Shown in pieces: positions 21,838 to 32,127 of a DNA stretch of 45,664 nt. The stretch spans positions 1 to 45,664 of the forward strand of contig CAOJEC010000005.1 in NCBI GenBank assembly GCA_948433885.1, given 5' to 3'. Both the position numbers and the translations under genes were made by a program. The notes beneath the pieces are model-generated. The model searched no databases and had not been told where the DNA came from. It was given only the letters and a program-made list of their open reading frames with translations. Every line of letters begins with the position of its first letter. Position 1 is the first letter of the stretch. Source of the stretch: an uncultured bacterium (GTDB taxonomy: Bacteria; Bacillota_I; Bacilli_A; RF39; UBA660).

Positions 21838-23958
21838 ATGAAAGATCGAGTTATGAAAATACTTTCGACGATGAACAATGCCGTAACCGTCGAAGAATTA
21901 GTTTCGAAAATAGAAGGCACTACAGTTAAGGACATTGAAGAAGTTCAAAAGATATTGAATGAGATGGTCCAAAACTTCGAAATATACTATACCAACAAAG
22001 GGAAGTATATATTATTCGAAAATTGTAAAGACATCGAAATAGGTGAAATATCCGTCCATCCAAAGGGATTCGGATTTTTACTGTTACCAGGAGACGACGT
22101 CCACATCGAAAAAAGCATGCTCAATGGAGCAATAGATGGAGACAAAGTAATCGTCGAAGTAATCGAAAGAAAACCAAAACTAGAAGGTCGCGTCATTCGC
22201 ATTGTCGAACGCAATCTCAACAACCTTGTCGGCGAAATAAAGTTCATTCACGGTAAACCTTTCATGATTTTGGAAGACAAGAGAAAACTCGTCATAGAAC
22301 TAGATCGAAGATCTACATCGGACTGTGTCGAAGGTACAATAGTAGTAGCAAGTATCATCAAAGAATTGAAAAAGAACTATTATCTAGCCCGTGTCAGTGA
22401 CATCATAGGACACAAAGACGATGCAGGCGTTGACATCCTTACTATTGCCTACAAACACGAAATTTATCCGGACTTCAGTAAAAAGACCATGTCGGAAATT
22501 GAAAACATTCCTACCGAAGTTAAGCCCGAAGAACTTAATGGCAGACGCGATCTTACAAAAGAGACCATCTTCACAATAGACGGCGCGGACACCAAGGACA
22601 TAGATGACGCTATAAGTATTTCTCGAAAAGGAAGTAACTACATACTAGGAGTCCACATCGCGGACGTCAGCCACTACGTCAAAGAAAAGAGTGCCTTAAA
22701 CGAAGATGCTCTAACTAGAGGTACGAGTTCTTACCTAGCCGACACAGTCATTCCTATGTTACCACACAAACTTTCGAATGGAATCTGTTCATTGAACGAA
22801 GGAGTCGTACGTTTAACCGAATCGTGCACGATGGAAATCACTCCAAAAGGAGAAATCGTCGACTTCGATATCTTCGAAAGTTACATCTCGTCTTCTAAAA
22901 AGATGACATATGCCGCAGTAAACGACATAGTCATGAGAGATATAGTTCAAGAAGGATACGAGCCATACGTCGAAAAATTGAAAACTATGAACGAACTAGC
23001 TCACATATTGAAAAATAGACAAGTTCGCGAAGGTTCTATCGATTTCGAACTCGATGAAGCAAAAATTTATTGTGATGAATTCGGGCGCGCATGCGATATA
23101 AAACGCGTCGTACGAGAAGATGGAGAAAAGATGATCGAACAATTCATGATCGCAGCAAACGAAACAGTGGCGACTTGTATTGCCAACATGGATTTACCTT
23201 TCATCTATCGAACCCATGATGTACCGAGTGAAGAAAAAATTCAAGATTTCATGAAATTCGTATCCATATTGGGCTACCAAGTGAATGCCAAATTGAAAGA
23301 GATAACACCTAAGACGATGCAAAATATATTAGATCAGCTTCGAGACAAAAAAGAATACGAAACACTCTCGGCCAATCTTCTTCGAAGTATGAAAAAGGCA
23401 AAATACCAAAGAGAAAATGTCGGTCACTTCGGTTTGGCGAGCAAATGTTATACTCATTTCACGAGCCCAATAAGACGTTATCCTGACTTACTAGTTCATA
23501 GATTATTGAGAAAATACCTTTTCGAGCACGACCTAGAAGACATCCGTGAGCTTGAACCAAAAATAGATTATATTGCCGAACAATCTAGTTCGAGAGAATT
23601 AGCAGCCGTCGAAGCCGAAAGAGAAGTTGACGATATGAAAATGGCCGAATACATGGAAGGTCACATCGGCGAAGAATACGACGGTAAAATATCGGGATTG
23701 ACTAACTTCGGTATGTTCGTCGAACTTGAAAATATGGTAGAAGGCTTAGTACATATAAGTGCTATAGGAAAAGAATACTTTTATTACAATGCCGACATCA
23801 TGGCCATCGTCGGTGAAACTTCGAAAAAAATATATCGACTAGGAGATCAAGTCAGAGTCAAAGTGACAGGTGCTAGCAAACAAGAGAAACAAGTCGACTT
23901 CGAAATAGTCGGAGGTGAAGAAGAAAATGGAGATTCAGAATCGAAAAGCGAGATTTAA
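21838..23958 (+). CDS. rnr: Ribonuclease R
   Basis: HPKGFGF cold-shock domain, [26 protein letters not shown]-terminal S1 domain. Confidence 0.98.
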   Translation: MKDRVMKILSTMNNAVTVEELVSKIEGTTVKDIEEVQKILNEMVQNFEIYYTNKGKYILFENCKDIEIGEISVHPKGFGFLLLPGDDVHIEKSMLNGAIDGDKVIVEVIERKPKLEGRVIRIVERNLNNLVGEIKFIHGKPFMILEDKRKLVIELDRRSTSDCVEGTIVVASIIKELKKNYYLARVSDIIGHKDDAGVDILTIAYKHEIYPDFSKKTMSEIENIPTEVKPEELNGRRDLTKETIFTIDGADTKDIDDAISISRKGSNYILGVHIADVSHYVKEKSALNEDALTRGTSSYLADTVIPMLPHKLSNGICSLNEGVVRLTESCTMEITPKGEIVDFDIFESYISSSKKMTYAAVNDIVMRDIVQEGYEPYVEKLKTMNELAHILKNRQVREGSIDFELDEAKIYCDEFGRACDIKRVVREDGEKMIEQFMIAANETVATCIANMDLPFIYRTHDVPSEEKIQDFMKFVSILGYQVNAKLKEITPKTMQNILDQLRDKKEYETLSANLLRSMKKAKYQRENVGHFGLASKCYTHFTSPIRRYPDLLVHRLLRKYLFEHDLEDIRELEPKIDYIAEQSSSRELAAVEAEREVDDMKMAEYMEGHIGEEYDGKISGLTNFGMFVELENMVEGLVHISAIGKEYFYYNADIMAIVGETSKKIYRLGDQVRVKVTGASKQEKQVDFEIVGGEEENGDSESKSEI

Positions 23959-24352
23959 TTATTTTATAGAAAAAACATATGAAGCAGGAATCGTCCTATC
24001 GGGTACGGAGATCAAATCGATTCGAAAGGGAAGTGCAAATTTCAACGACGCATACGTCACGATTAAAAACAAAGAAGCCTACATAGTAAACATGTACATT
24101 GCTAAATATACAGAAGGAAATCGCTTTAATCACGACGAACGACGAGAGAGAAAACTTTTACTTCACAAATCGGAGATAAAAAAGCTCGGGACCGAAATCC
24201 AAAATGCAGGTTATACTTTAGTGCCTTTAAAACTCTACTTTAAAGGAAATCATGCCAAGATCGAAATAGGTCTCGCCAAAGGTAAAAAATTATACGATAA
24301 ACGCGAGACCATCAAAAAAAGAGATTTGGAAAGAGAAGAAAGAAGAACGTGA
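23927..24352 (+). CDS. smpB: SsrA-binding protein
   Basis: [39 protein letters not shown]. Confidence 0.98.
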   Translation: MEIQNRKARFNYFIEKTYEAGIVLSGTEIKSIRKGSANFNDAYVTIKNKEAYIVNMYIAKYTEGNRFNHDERRERKLLLHKSEIKKLGTEIQNAGYTLVPLKLYFKGNHAKIEIGLAKGKKLYDKRETIKKRDLEREERRT

Positions 24353-24353
24353 C

Positions 24354-24381
24354 ACTCGACTTAAAAATCGAGTTTTTTTTT
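24354..24381 (+). terminator. Rho-independent terminator
   Basis: ACTCGA-cttaaaaa-TCGAGT followed by a T run. Confidence 0.7.
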
Positions 24382-24447
24382 ATGAAAAATCATAAAAATG
24401 ATTGCAAAATAAATTCGCTTAATTTAAAATAACAAAGAGGTGAAAAA

Positions 24448-25809
24448 ATGACTGAATTTACATATAAATCTAGAAAAGAACAAAAAGCTATGTCTATGGA
24501 AAAACTCGGCTTATATAAACGCGAACAAAGAAAGTACGAATTTGAACAAGGCATACCGATGAAAGGTATCAAAAGAAGAAGATTGTTACATCCTCTTATA
24601 GATCTTATATTAAAAGCCAATAGAATCGGTAATCATCAAAAACTAACAGTATTAAAAAATGGTTCTAAACCAAAATCTTTAAGAGATCTATTCACGCCGA
24701 CAATTTATGCATTTACCCATATTGGTGGAAGCGATGTCGAAAGCATGGTCGAAGCAGCGGATCGCCACACATATTTATTTTTCGGAGATCCGGAGCCTAT
24801 GTACAAAGATAAAGAAGTAAATCTTTTAGTATTTTTAAATGGTTCTATAGATTTTAATACAAAAGATAAAGATGATAGAAAAATATCATTTTTTAGAGGT
24901 AAAGAATTATTATCGAGAAGAGGTAGACTGATAATATTTGTAGAAGGAGCATGGAATGTTTTTGAACACTTGCCTGTTATGAAAATTTTTCCTGGTGCTT
25001 CTAAAATGGCAATCGAAGTCGATAAAGAGAAAAGATTCAATGTCGATATCGTTCCAGGAGCAATCGAACAATACGGAGACGAGTTTGTCGTCAGTTTCGG
25101 TAACCGAATAAAAACGAATAAACATATGGATTCTAAAGAACTCGATAAAAGAATACGTGATGAATTGGCTACTCTAAAATACGAAATATTTGAAACTCAA
25201 CCACCTTTAGAAGTGACTCCAACTACTAATGCAATGGTATGGGAAAACGTTTCGGTAAGTGAAGGATTAGCACTTCAAAAAGAATATGATGAAATATATA
25301 GACAAGGAATTATCGATAGACGATCAGGATACAGTACTTTGGAAGATATTTATAGAGATATGTACAAAGATCCTAATGAGACGACTGCACATGAATTGAT
25401 AGGAGAAACACAAAATAAATTGGTCGCTATTAAAAAAATCGGTTTCCTTCGTCAGGAAGTCGATGAATTGACTAGTAAAATACGAGCATTAATAGAGAAA
25501 GTGCAAACTCAAAATTCGTCAGTTGAAAACCAAAAAAGATTAAAAGTAGAGATTGAAGATTCAGCTAGATTAATCGAAGAAAAAATCGCAAAAATAAGAC
25601 AAACGGTAGAATTCTTAGACGATAGAGAAAAGCAAACGGACGAAGATTATGATTTCGATAATCCAACTGTTCAAAGATATACTGAACTTCAAAATAGAAT
25701 CGATAATCTTAACCAAATCAAAAGCACACTTCTTTCTCTCGACGTACCAAGTGAATTTAATATAAATTCATCTATTCCAAATTCAGAAAAACGCATTTCT
25801 TTAAATTGA
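24448..25809 (+). CDS. PlsC-like acyltransferase with C-terminal coiled coil
   Basis: HX4D (THIGGSD), FVEG, VP.A blocks; promoter TTGCAA-17-TAAAAT at 24402-24430. Confidence 0.7.
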   Translation: MTEFTYKSRKEQKAMSMEKLGLYKREQRKYEFEQGIPMKGIKRRRLLHPLIDLILKANRIGNHQKLTVLKNGSKPKSLRDLFTPTIYAFTHIGGSDVESMVEAADRHTYLFFGDPEPMYKDKEVNLLVFLNGSIDFNTKDKDDRKISFFRGKELLSRRGRLIIFVEGAWNVFEHLPVMKIFPGASKMAIEVDKEKRFNVDIVPGAIEQYGDEFVVSFGNRIKTNKHMDSKELDKRIRDELATLKYEIFETQPPLEVTPTTNAMVWENVSVSEGLALQKEYDEIYRQGIIDRRSGYSTLEDIYRDMYKDPNETTAHELIGETQNKLVAIKKIGFLRQEVDELTSKIRALIEKVQTQNSSVENQKRLKVEIEDSARLIEEKIAKIRQTVEFLDDREKQTDEDYDFDNPTVQRYTELQNRIDNLNQIKSTLLSLDVPSEFNINSSIPNSEKRISLN

Positions 25810-25874
25810 TTATTATTTAATTGTTATAATAGACCTTTGATGGTATAATATCCATGAAAGTAGTGTGAACTATA

Positions 25875-28160
25875 ATGGATCCATTATTATTACCAGTTGC
25901 AGGTCTTTTTATTACCGTTTATTTAACAATAATTTTCTTCTCGAAAAAAAATATGCACAATCAAGAAACAAAGATCTATTCGAAAATGTTAATTGCCAAT
26001 TTAATCTTTTCATGTCTTCCGATAATTGCTTACTTGATTGCCAAAAAAACCGATCTCATAACCATAGTGATGTTACTACAAAAATATCATTTATCATTAA
26101 TACTTTTGCTGACAGTATATAGCATACTCTACAATATAAATTTATTGGATTTGAAAGAAAAGACCGTGAATAATATCACAAAAATATTGTATTATACTTG
26201 GACAATTTTCACGGTACTCATCATTATTCTTCCACATACCGTTATCAACGAAGGTACAATATTAGATAACTATGGAATGGCTTATGATGTAGCGATTGCC
26301 GGTTTGATAATGTATTTAATTGCGCTGATCATAACTACTGTGATGGTAATGCTCCGTAAAAACTTCAATTCGAAAAAAACAATCCCTTTTATATCACTTA
26401 TATTACTCTATATAGGAGGACTTATTCTGAGAGTGTACATGCCTTCGGCAATATTTGAAACATTTTTTTACTCTTTTATGCTTTTGATAATGTACCATAC
26501 TATCGAAAATCCAGATGTCAAAATGATCGGTCAGTTGAACCTTGCTAAAGAACATGCCGAACGTGCAAATCGTGCCAAAAGTGATTTCCTATCGAGCATG
26601 TCACACGAAATTAGAACACCTCTAAATGCGATCGTAGGACTTTCCGAAGACATGCAAAAAAGAGGGAATTGTCCGATGGATATGAAAGAAGACTTAAACG
26701 ACATCGTCAACGCTTCGCATACACTTCTAGAAATAGTTGGAAATATCTTAGATATCAATAAAATAGAAAGCAACAAAATGGAAGTATCCGAAATGGTATA
26801 CAATTTCAAAGAAGAAATATCTAGTCTTGCACGCGTGCAAGCAGCACGCATTGGAGATAAACCTATCGATTTTACCATCGACATCGCGGAAGATATTCCA
26901 TACGAATTATATGGTGATAAAGCTCACATCAAACAAATTATAAACAATCTACTATCGAATGCTATAAAATATACCGACCGAGGAAATGTCACTTTCTCGG
27001 TAAAGTGCATAAACGAAAATGATAAATGCTTGTTGATCATCTCAGTTAAAGACACAGGACGAGGAATTTCGACCGAAAATCTAAATAAATTGTTTACTAA
27101 ATTCGAACGATTAGATATAGAAAAAAATTCCACCACGGAAGGAACTGGATTGGGTCTTGCCATTACTAAAAAACTAGTCGAGATGTTGGGAGGCAGAATA
27201 AACGTCGAAAGTAAATTTGGGGAAGGATCTATTTTTATAGTTCAAATACCACAAAAGATCGAACATTTGATAAAACCGATGAGCGATACACAAATACTAG
27301 ATACAGCCAAAGTTCAATTGAAAAAGCGCAAAGAAAAAACCAACTATAAAGATAAATCGGTACTCATCGTCGACGATAATAAACTGAATATTAAAGTGGC
27401 GCGTCGAAGCCTCGAACCGCTAGAATTCAAAATAATAGATGAATGTTACAATGGAGTCGAATGCTTGGATTTGATCAAAAGTGGCAAAAATTACGACATA
27501 ATACTCATGGATATAATGATGCCGGTTATGAGTGGTGAAACTGCATTTCAAGAACTCAAAAAGATGGGCATAACTTCCGTAGTACTAGCATTGACGGCAG
27601 ACGCAGTCGCTGGAGCAGAAGAAAAATACATCGAAGAAGGATTCAACGATTATATTGCAAAACCATTTTCACAAGATCAAATCAAAATAAAATTGGACAA
27701 AATTTATAAAGACAAGAGTGATACAACAACGGAAGATTTGACTGAAAATCCGACTCTTCCAATATTTAAAGAACCTCTCGATAGTAAAAATAAAGTGCAG
27801 TCTAAAATAAACGAAGACAAACTTCTCGAAAGTGGAATCGACTATCGAATAGGATTAGAAAATTTTGGGGATATTTTGACCTACAAAGAAATGCTTCTTT
27901 CATGGATAGATGAATCGGACGAACGAATACTCAGAATTAAAAAATTCAAAAACGATCACGATCTTGCAAATTATGCCATAGAAGTTCATTCCTTAAAAAG
28001 CGATTCGAAATATTTTGGATTTATCAAACTTGCCGAACTAGCCTATTCACATGAAATGAAAAGTAAAGAAAACGATGAGAATTACATAAATGGAAATTTC
28101 TACGATTTAGAAAACGAGTACAATAGAATCTGTTCGATCATCAAAAATTATATAAAGTAA
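25875..28160 (+). CDS. Membrane hybrid sensor histidine kinase (HisKA-HATPase-REC-HPt)
   Basis: ~7 TM helices, [46 protein letters not shown]. Confidence 0.95.
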   Translation: MDPLLLPVAGLFITVYLTIIFFSKKNMHNQETKIYSKMLIANLIFSCLPIIAYLIAKKTDLITIVMLLQKYHLSLILLLTVYSILYNINLLDLKEKTVNNITKILYYTWTIFTVLIIILPHTVINEGTILDNYGMAYDVAIAGLIMYLIALIITTVMVMLRKNFNSKKTIPFISLILLYIGGLILRVYMPSAIFETFFYSFMLLIMYHTIENPDVKMIGQLNLAKEHAERANRAKSDFLSSMSHEIRTPLNAIVGLSEDMQKRGNCPMDMKEDLNDIVNASHTLLEIVGNILDINKIESNKMEVSEMVYNFKEEISSLARVQAARIGDKPIDFTIDIAEDIPYELYGDKAHIKQIINNLLSNAIKYTDRGNVTFSVKCINENDKCLLIISVKDTGRGISTENLNKLFTKFERLDIEKNSTTEGTGLGLAITKKLVEMLGGRINVESKFGEGSIFIVQIPQKIEHLIKPMSDTQILDTAKVQLKKRKEKTNYKDKSVLIVDDNKLNIKVARRSLEPLEFKIIDECYNGVECLDLIKSGKNYDIILMDIMMPVMSGETAFQELKKMGITSVVLALTADAVAGAEEKYIEEGFNDYIAKPFSQDQIKIKLDKIYKDKSDTTTEDLTENPTLPIFKEPLDSKNKVQSKINEDKLLESGIDYRIGLENFGDILTYKEMLLSWIDESDERILRIKKFKNDHDLANYAIEVHSLKSDSKYFGFIKLAELAYSHEMKSKENDENYINGNFYDLENEYNRICSIIKNYIK

Positions 28161-28210
28161 GTGCAAACTTATTTTTTATTTTCAATGAGACCTATCGTCA
28201 AATTCTAAAA

Positions 28211-28239
28211 TTGCAAATATCACAAAAAAGTGATATAAT
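28211..28239 (+). promoter_or_regulatory. Sigma-A promoter of ssrA
   Basis: TTGCAA-17-TATAAT with extended TG. Confidence 0.75.
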
Positions 28240-28251
28240 CATATTACTCGT

Positions 28252-28623
28252 GGGGCCGTATATGGTTTCGACAAAGTATTGATTTGGTCTAACTGCAAGT
28301 AGAAGTTCATCTTTAACGAACAAAAAATAAATTAAATGACAAAAAAACTAGCACTTTCGGTGCTCCAGCTCTTGCTTTTGCCTAATTGAGGTTGCGGGAG
28401 GTTCTACTCTAAGATAATTCAGGTCTTAGAATTAGGACTCATACTTTACTGAATTATAACTAAATAGGTGTCTATACTATTTAGTCGAATCTAAATAGAC
28501 TATATCGAATTGGGGATAGTTGGAATCCTAACTTTTTGACGAATGACCAAATTCCAAACAAACTTGTAGACGTTATTCGCGAATGTACTTTGGACAGCGG
28601 TTCAAGTCCGCTCGGTTCCACCA
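28252..28623 (+). ncRNA. ssrA: tmRNA; tag peptide (A)DKKTSTFGAPALAFA* at 28338-28385
   Basis: 5' GGGGCCG...GGTTTCGAC and 3' GGACAGCGGTTCAAGTCCGCTCGGTTCCACCA; tag ends in ALAFA; near smpB. Confidence 0.97.
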
Positions 28624-28662
28624 ATTTGATTTTTTATTCGATATAATCGAATTTTTATATAA

Positions 28663-29013
28663 ATGAGAGTGATTTTAATGGGAAGAGGCCATTTAGGATT
28701 AAGAAAACTTATAAAAAAAGAAACTGAGTATAAAGATAAAAAAAAGAATATCAAACACAAATGTGATTTTGATATTCCTTGCATTTTGAAAGTAAAATTC
28801 AATCATAAAATCCAATATTATAATGTTATAAAATGTAATAAATGTTTATCATTTATTAGTGTTAGAGAACCTGGAAATGTTCAAGGACATATTTTTAAAG
28901 CTTTGAATGAACTAGAAAAAGCACTTCCATTAATAACTGCATATTCTAATAGTAAATATCTTATTTCTGATTTTGCTGATTTAGAAAATGTTTCTTATGA
29001 AGAAAAAAATTAA
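28663..29013 (+). CDS. Hypothetical small Cys-containing (possible Zn-binding) protein
   Basis: HKC...C and CNKC; island composition. Confidence 0.5.
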   Translation: MRVILMGRGHLGLRKLIKKETEYKDKKKNIKHKCDFDIPCILKVKFNHKIQYYNVIKCNKCLSFISVREPGNVQGHIFKALNELEKALPLITAYSNSKYLISDFADLENVSYEEKN

Positions 29014-29134
29014 TGTTAAAGTTTTATTATTAAAGCAAAGCCACCTCTAAAGACAAAAAAGTTTGTTTTTAGACTTGTCAGGTCCACCATATAGTATTTA
29101 AAGCCTTTATTTAAGGGTTTTTTATTTTTTTTTA

Positions 29135-29519
29135 AACACAAAAAGTAGTAAGCGAATCGGACAAATAACAAGAATTAGATACCTTTGCATTTACTGAAAG
29201 TTCTTATGTTGCTTTTGCTAATTCTACAGAAGACGAAGAGGATATAAATTTTCATATTTAAATAAATTACTTTTTCATTAAGAAATGTATCTATTACAAA
29301 TCATAATAGATATGCAAATAAAACCTGGATAGAAGCATTTTTATCTTTAGATCGTGGAGAAGAACTTTTAGAATTGTATTTTAATAATCCTAAATACTAC
29401 GATATGATAAAGGAAACTGAAAATTGTGATATTGGATTAGCATTGGCTAGTAAGAAAAATTGTGATTTAGAAAAATTAAATATGAGAAGAGTTGTTATAC
29501 TACTCTCTTTCGGGCACCA
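29135..29519 (+). pseudogene. Fragmented coding remnant
   Basis: Protein-like stretches in shifting frames with stops, ending at a GCACCA scar. Confidence 0.35.
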
Positions 29520-29595
29520 GATTGATAGTTACTTGAACCCTTCAAGTGTATATACAAAATGCACAATTGTTGTGCAAAAAAAGTCTAAAAAACGC

Positions 29596-29632
29596 AAAAA
29601 TGCACAATATTTTCGAAATATTGTGCATTTTT
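29596..29632. promoter_or_regulatory. Perfect 17-bp-arm inverted repeat (putative operator) upstream of fic
   Basis: AAAAATGCACAATATTT-tcg-AAATATTGTGCATTTTT; a second TGCACAA-ttg-TTGTGCA at 29559-29575. Confidence 0.65.
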
Positions 29633-29670
29633 ATTTACTTTAAGCTATTCCTATGTTAAAATACTACTAG

Positions 29671-30762
29671 GTGATGAAAAAAGTGAAACCTTTTGAAGCA
29701 GACAAATTACCAATTGAATATAAATTAGATAAAGAATTAATAAGTTTAATTTCTGAGGCAAATTTAAAATATGGAGAATATAAATCAAATTTAAAAAATA
29801 GTCAATTTGATTCAAGATTCTTTTTAGACTCTATAATTTTGAGTGAAAGTTTAAAATCTACTCAAATTGAAGGAACACAAATATCGCAAGATGATATGTA
29901 TTATTTAAAATATATGCCAAAAACAGATGATAATTTAGAAATACAAAATTTAAAAAAAGTTATCGAATATTCTAAGGATTATTTAAAAGAAAATAATAAG
30001 ATAAATATTAAATTTTTAAATATTATTCACAGAATATTACTTGATAGTGTTAGAGGCAATGAAAAAGAACCAGGAAAACTTAGAAATATTCAAAATTGGA
30101 TAGGTCCTAAAGGGTGTACTATAGAAGAGGCTATTTTTGTTCCACCTATACCAGAAGATGTTCCTATTCTATTAGAAAATTTATTTGAATATATGAATAA
30201 CGCATACATTGATCCTTTATTTATAAACTTAGCTATATCTCATTCTCAATTTGAAACAATACATGCATACCGAGACGGGAATGGAAGATTAGGTAGAGCC
30301 TTAATACCGATTCAATTGAGTTTATTAACAGAAGAAGAACCAATTTTATTTTTATCAGAAATAATTGAATTGTATAAACCCAGTTATCATAAATTTTTAA
30401 ACGAAAGCAGAAAAGGAAATATGATAGGTTTCATCAAATTCTTTTTACAATGCATAATAGAACAATGCAATAATTATATAGCAAAAATAAATAGAATAAA
30501 ACAAATATACTCCAAGGATATGAAAAAATTAGAAACCTTAAAAAGTAATGCAGTGTATAGAATTATGCCTACAATAATGAGACAAATAGTTTTTACAAAA
30601 AAAGAAATTGAAGAAGAATCAGGTGTATCAAGAAACACAGTTTCCACTTTAATTGATAAATTAGTAGAACTTAATATTTTAGTGCCAGACTCTAATTATG
30701 CAAAATTAAGTTATAGATATAACGAAATTTATAACGTTTTTGTTGGGAAAGATATGTCCTAG
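29671..30762 (+). CDS. Fic family protein (N-terminal inhibitory helix, C-terminal HTH-like region)
   Basis: HAYRDGNGRLGR Fic motif; ESLKSTQIEG inhibitory motif; QNWIG. Confidence 0.93.
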   Translation: MMKKVKPFEADKLPIEYKLDKELISLISEANLKYGEYKSNLKNSQFDSRFFLDSIILSESLKSTQIEGTQISQDDMYYLKYMPKTDDNLEIQNLKKVIEYSKDYLKENNKINIKFLNIIHRILLDSVRGNEKEPGKLRNIQNWIGPKGCTIEEAIFVPPIPEDVPILLENLFEYMNNAYIDPLFINLAISHSQFETIHAYRDGNGRLGRALIPIQLSLLTEEEPILFLSEIIELYKPSYHKFLNESRKGNMIGFIKFFLQCIIEQCNNYIAKINRIKQIYSKDMKKLETLKSNAVYRIMPTIMRQIVFTKKEIEEESGVSRNTVSTLIDKLVELNILVPDSNYAKLSYRYNEIYNVFVGKDMS

Positions 30763-31249
30763 ATTTTAAGATTATGGTAAAATTAATATACCGATTGACA
30801 ATTATATATCATTTCGTTATGTATGTGTAAGAGTCGTAGATTACTACGACACTCACTCCATTATGATAGTTACTCGACCATTTCGAATAAGTAATAGATT
30901 CTAGCTAGAAATAGTTAGTTTTTTTGTTGTTTAAAAAAGTGAAAGTGGCACAAAAGAAAACTCCATCTTTCAATGAAGTTATTCTATATTTTTAACTAGG
31001 GTTCATTTATTAGTCGCACCACTTAGAAGCGAAAAGAATTTACTACTTTTTTAGCAGTAATACAAATATAATAAAAAATTGTAATTTTAAATCAAATTAT
31101 GTAGAATTCTACATAAACATTAAAAAGAGCCAAAAAGTGATGAACAATTAGCTTTATTTTAAAAACAACAAGTACTTCTTATAAAACAAGGCTATTGCAT
31201 CCTCATCCTATAGTTCACCTTCATATATTATCGTGGAGGTGATAAATAT

Positions 31250-32038
31250 ATGTATAGAGTTTTGACGAATAGCAGTAAACGAATCACGGGAAAATATGGT
31301 AATGGTCACTTGGGAGTCGACCTCGGATGGGTAGGAGGATCGGGCGATAATGTCTATGCTCACTCGGCAGGAGTAGTAGTTAAAGTAGTCACCGGAAAAA
31401 GTAAAGACACTAGTTCTCGAGGAGATGACACGTATGGAAATTATGTCAAAATTAAACACTCAGATGGATATTACACATTGTATGCTCATCTAGAATCCGT
31501 CGATGTAAAAGTCGGCGAGCACGTTGAAGCAGGCCAAAAAATAGGGTACATGGGAGAAACCGGAAATGCTTTTGGAAAACATCTACATTTTGAAGTTCGC
31601 AACAAAGAAGATAGAATTGTGAATCCTACTCCTTATCTCACTGAGGATTTACCAGAAGCATCGAACAAAGTCGAATATCGTGTCCACATCTTAGGTGGAT
31701 CATGGTTACCTTGGGTTTCCAAAGTAGACGACACACAAGAAGGATATGCAGGAATATATGGTAAAACGATCGATGGAATACAAGTTCGAGGAAGACGCTA
31801 TCGAGCACACATTCTAGGTGGATCTTGGTTGCCTGTTGTCGATAAAGTAGATGATACAGCAAATGGATACGCAGGAATATACGGAAGACCGATCGACGGA
31901 ATACAAATATACGATAGCCAATACAGGGCACACATCAAAGGCGGAAAATGGTTACCTTGGGTTTCCAAAGTTGACAACAAGGCATCGGGATATGCGGGTT
32001 TATACGGCAAGAATATAGACGGAATACAAATAAAATAA
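31250..32038 (+). CDS. M23 peptidase (peptidoglycan hydrolase) with three C-terminal cell-wall-binding-type repeats
   Basis: HLGVD, YAHL, HLHFEVR; 3x YR(V/A)HI.GG.WLP.V.KVD....GYAG.YG..IDGIQ. Confidence 0.9.
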   Translation: MYRVLTNSSKRITGKYGNGHLGVDLGWVGGSGDNVYAHSAGVVVKVVTGKSKDTSSRGDDTYGNYVKIKHSDGYYTLYAHLESVDVKVGEHVEAGQKIGYMGETGNAFGKHLHFEVRNKEDRIVNPTPYLTEDLPEASNKVEYRVHILGGSWLPWVSKVDDTQEGYAGIYGKTIDGIQVRGRRYRAHILGGSWLPVVDKVDDTANGYAGIYGRPIDGIQIYDSQYRAHIKGGKWLPWVSKVDNKASGYAGLYGKNIDGIQIK

Positions 32039-32044
32039 CGAACA

Positions 32045-32069
32045 GCCCATCGCTAAGGATGGGCTTTTA
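32045..32069 (+). terminator. Rho-independent terminator
   Basis: AGCCCATC-gctaag-GATGGGCT followed by Ts. Confidence 0.75.
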
Positions 32070-32127
32070 TATGCCCATAGAATTTTCATTGATACTGTGT
32101 TATAATACATCAAAAAGAGGTAAAACC

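Larger units (their letters stand above)
28624..30860. mobile_element. Composite decayed island(s) at the ssrA 3' end
   Basis: AT-rich, TCGA-poor; CCA-ended scars at 29081-29089, 29513-29519 and 30856-30860; Fic cargo; no integrase. Confidence 0.55.

Noticed and set aside
29374-29643. 89-aa ORF as an intact gene
   Set aside because: No RBS; runs through an att-like scar and operator palindromes; better read as a chimeric remnant.
31670-32035. DNA direct repeats resembling a CRISPR array or a DGR TR/VR pair
   Set aside because: They are in-frame protein domain repeats with mostly synonymous differences, no unique spacers and no adenine-specific bias.
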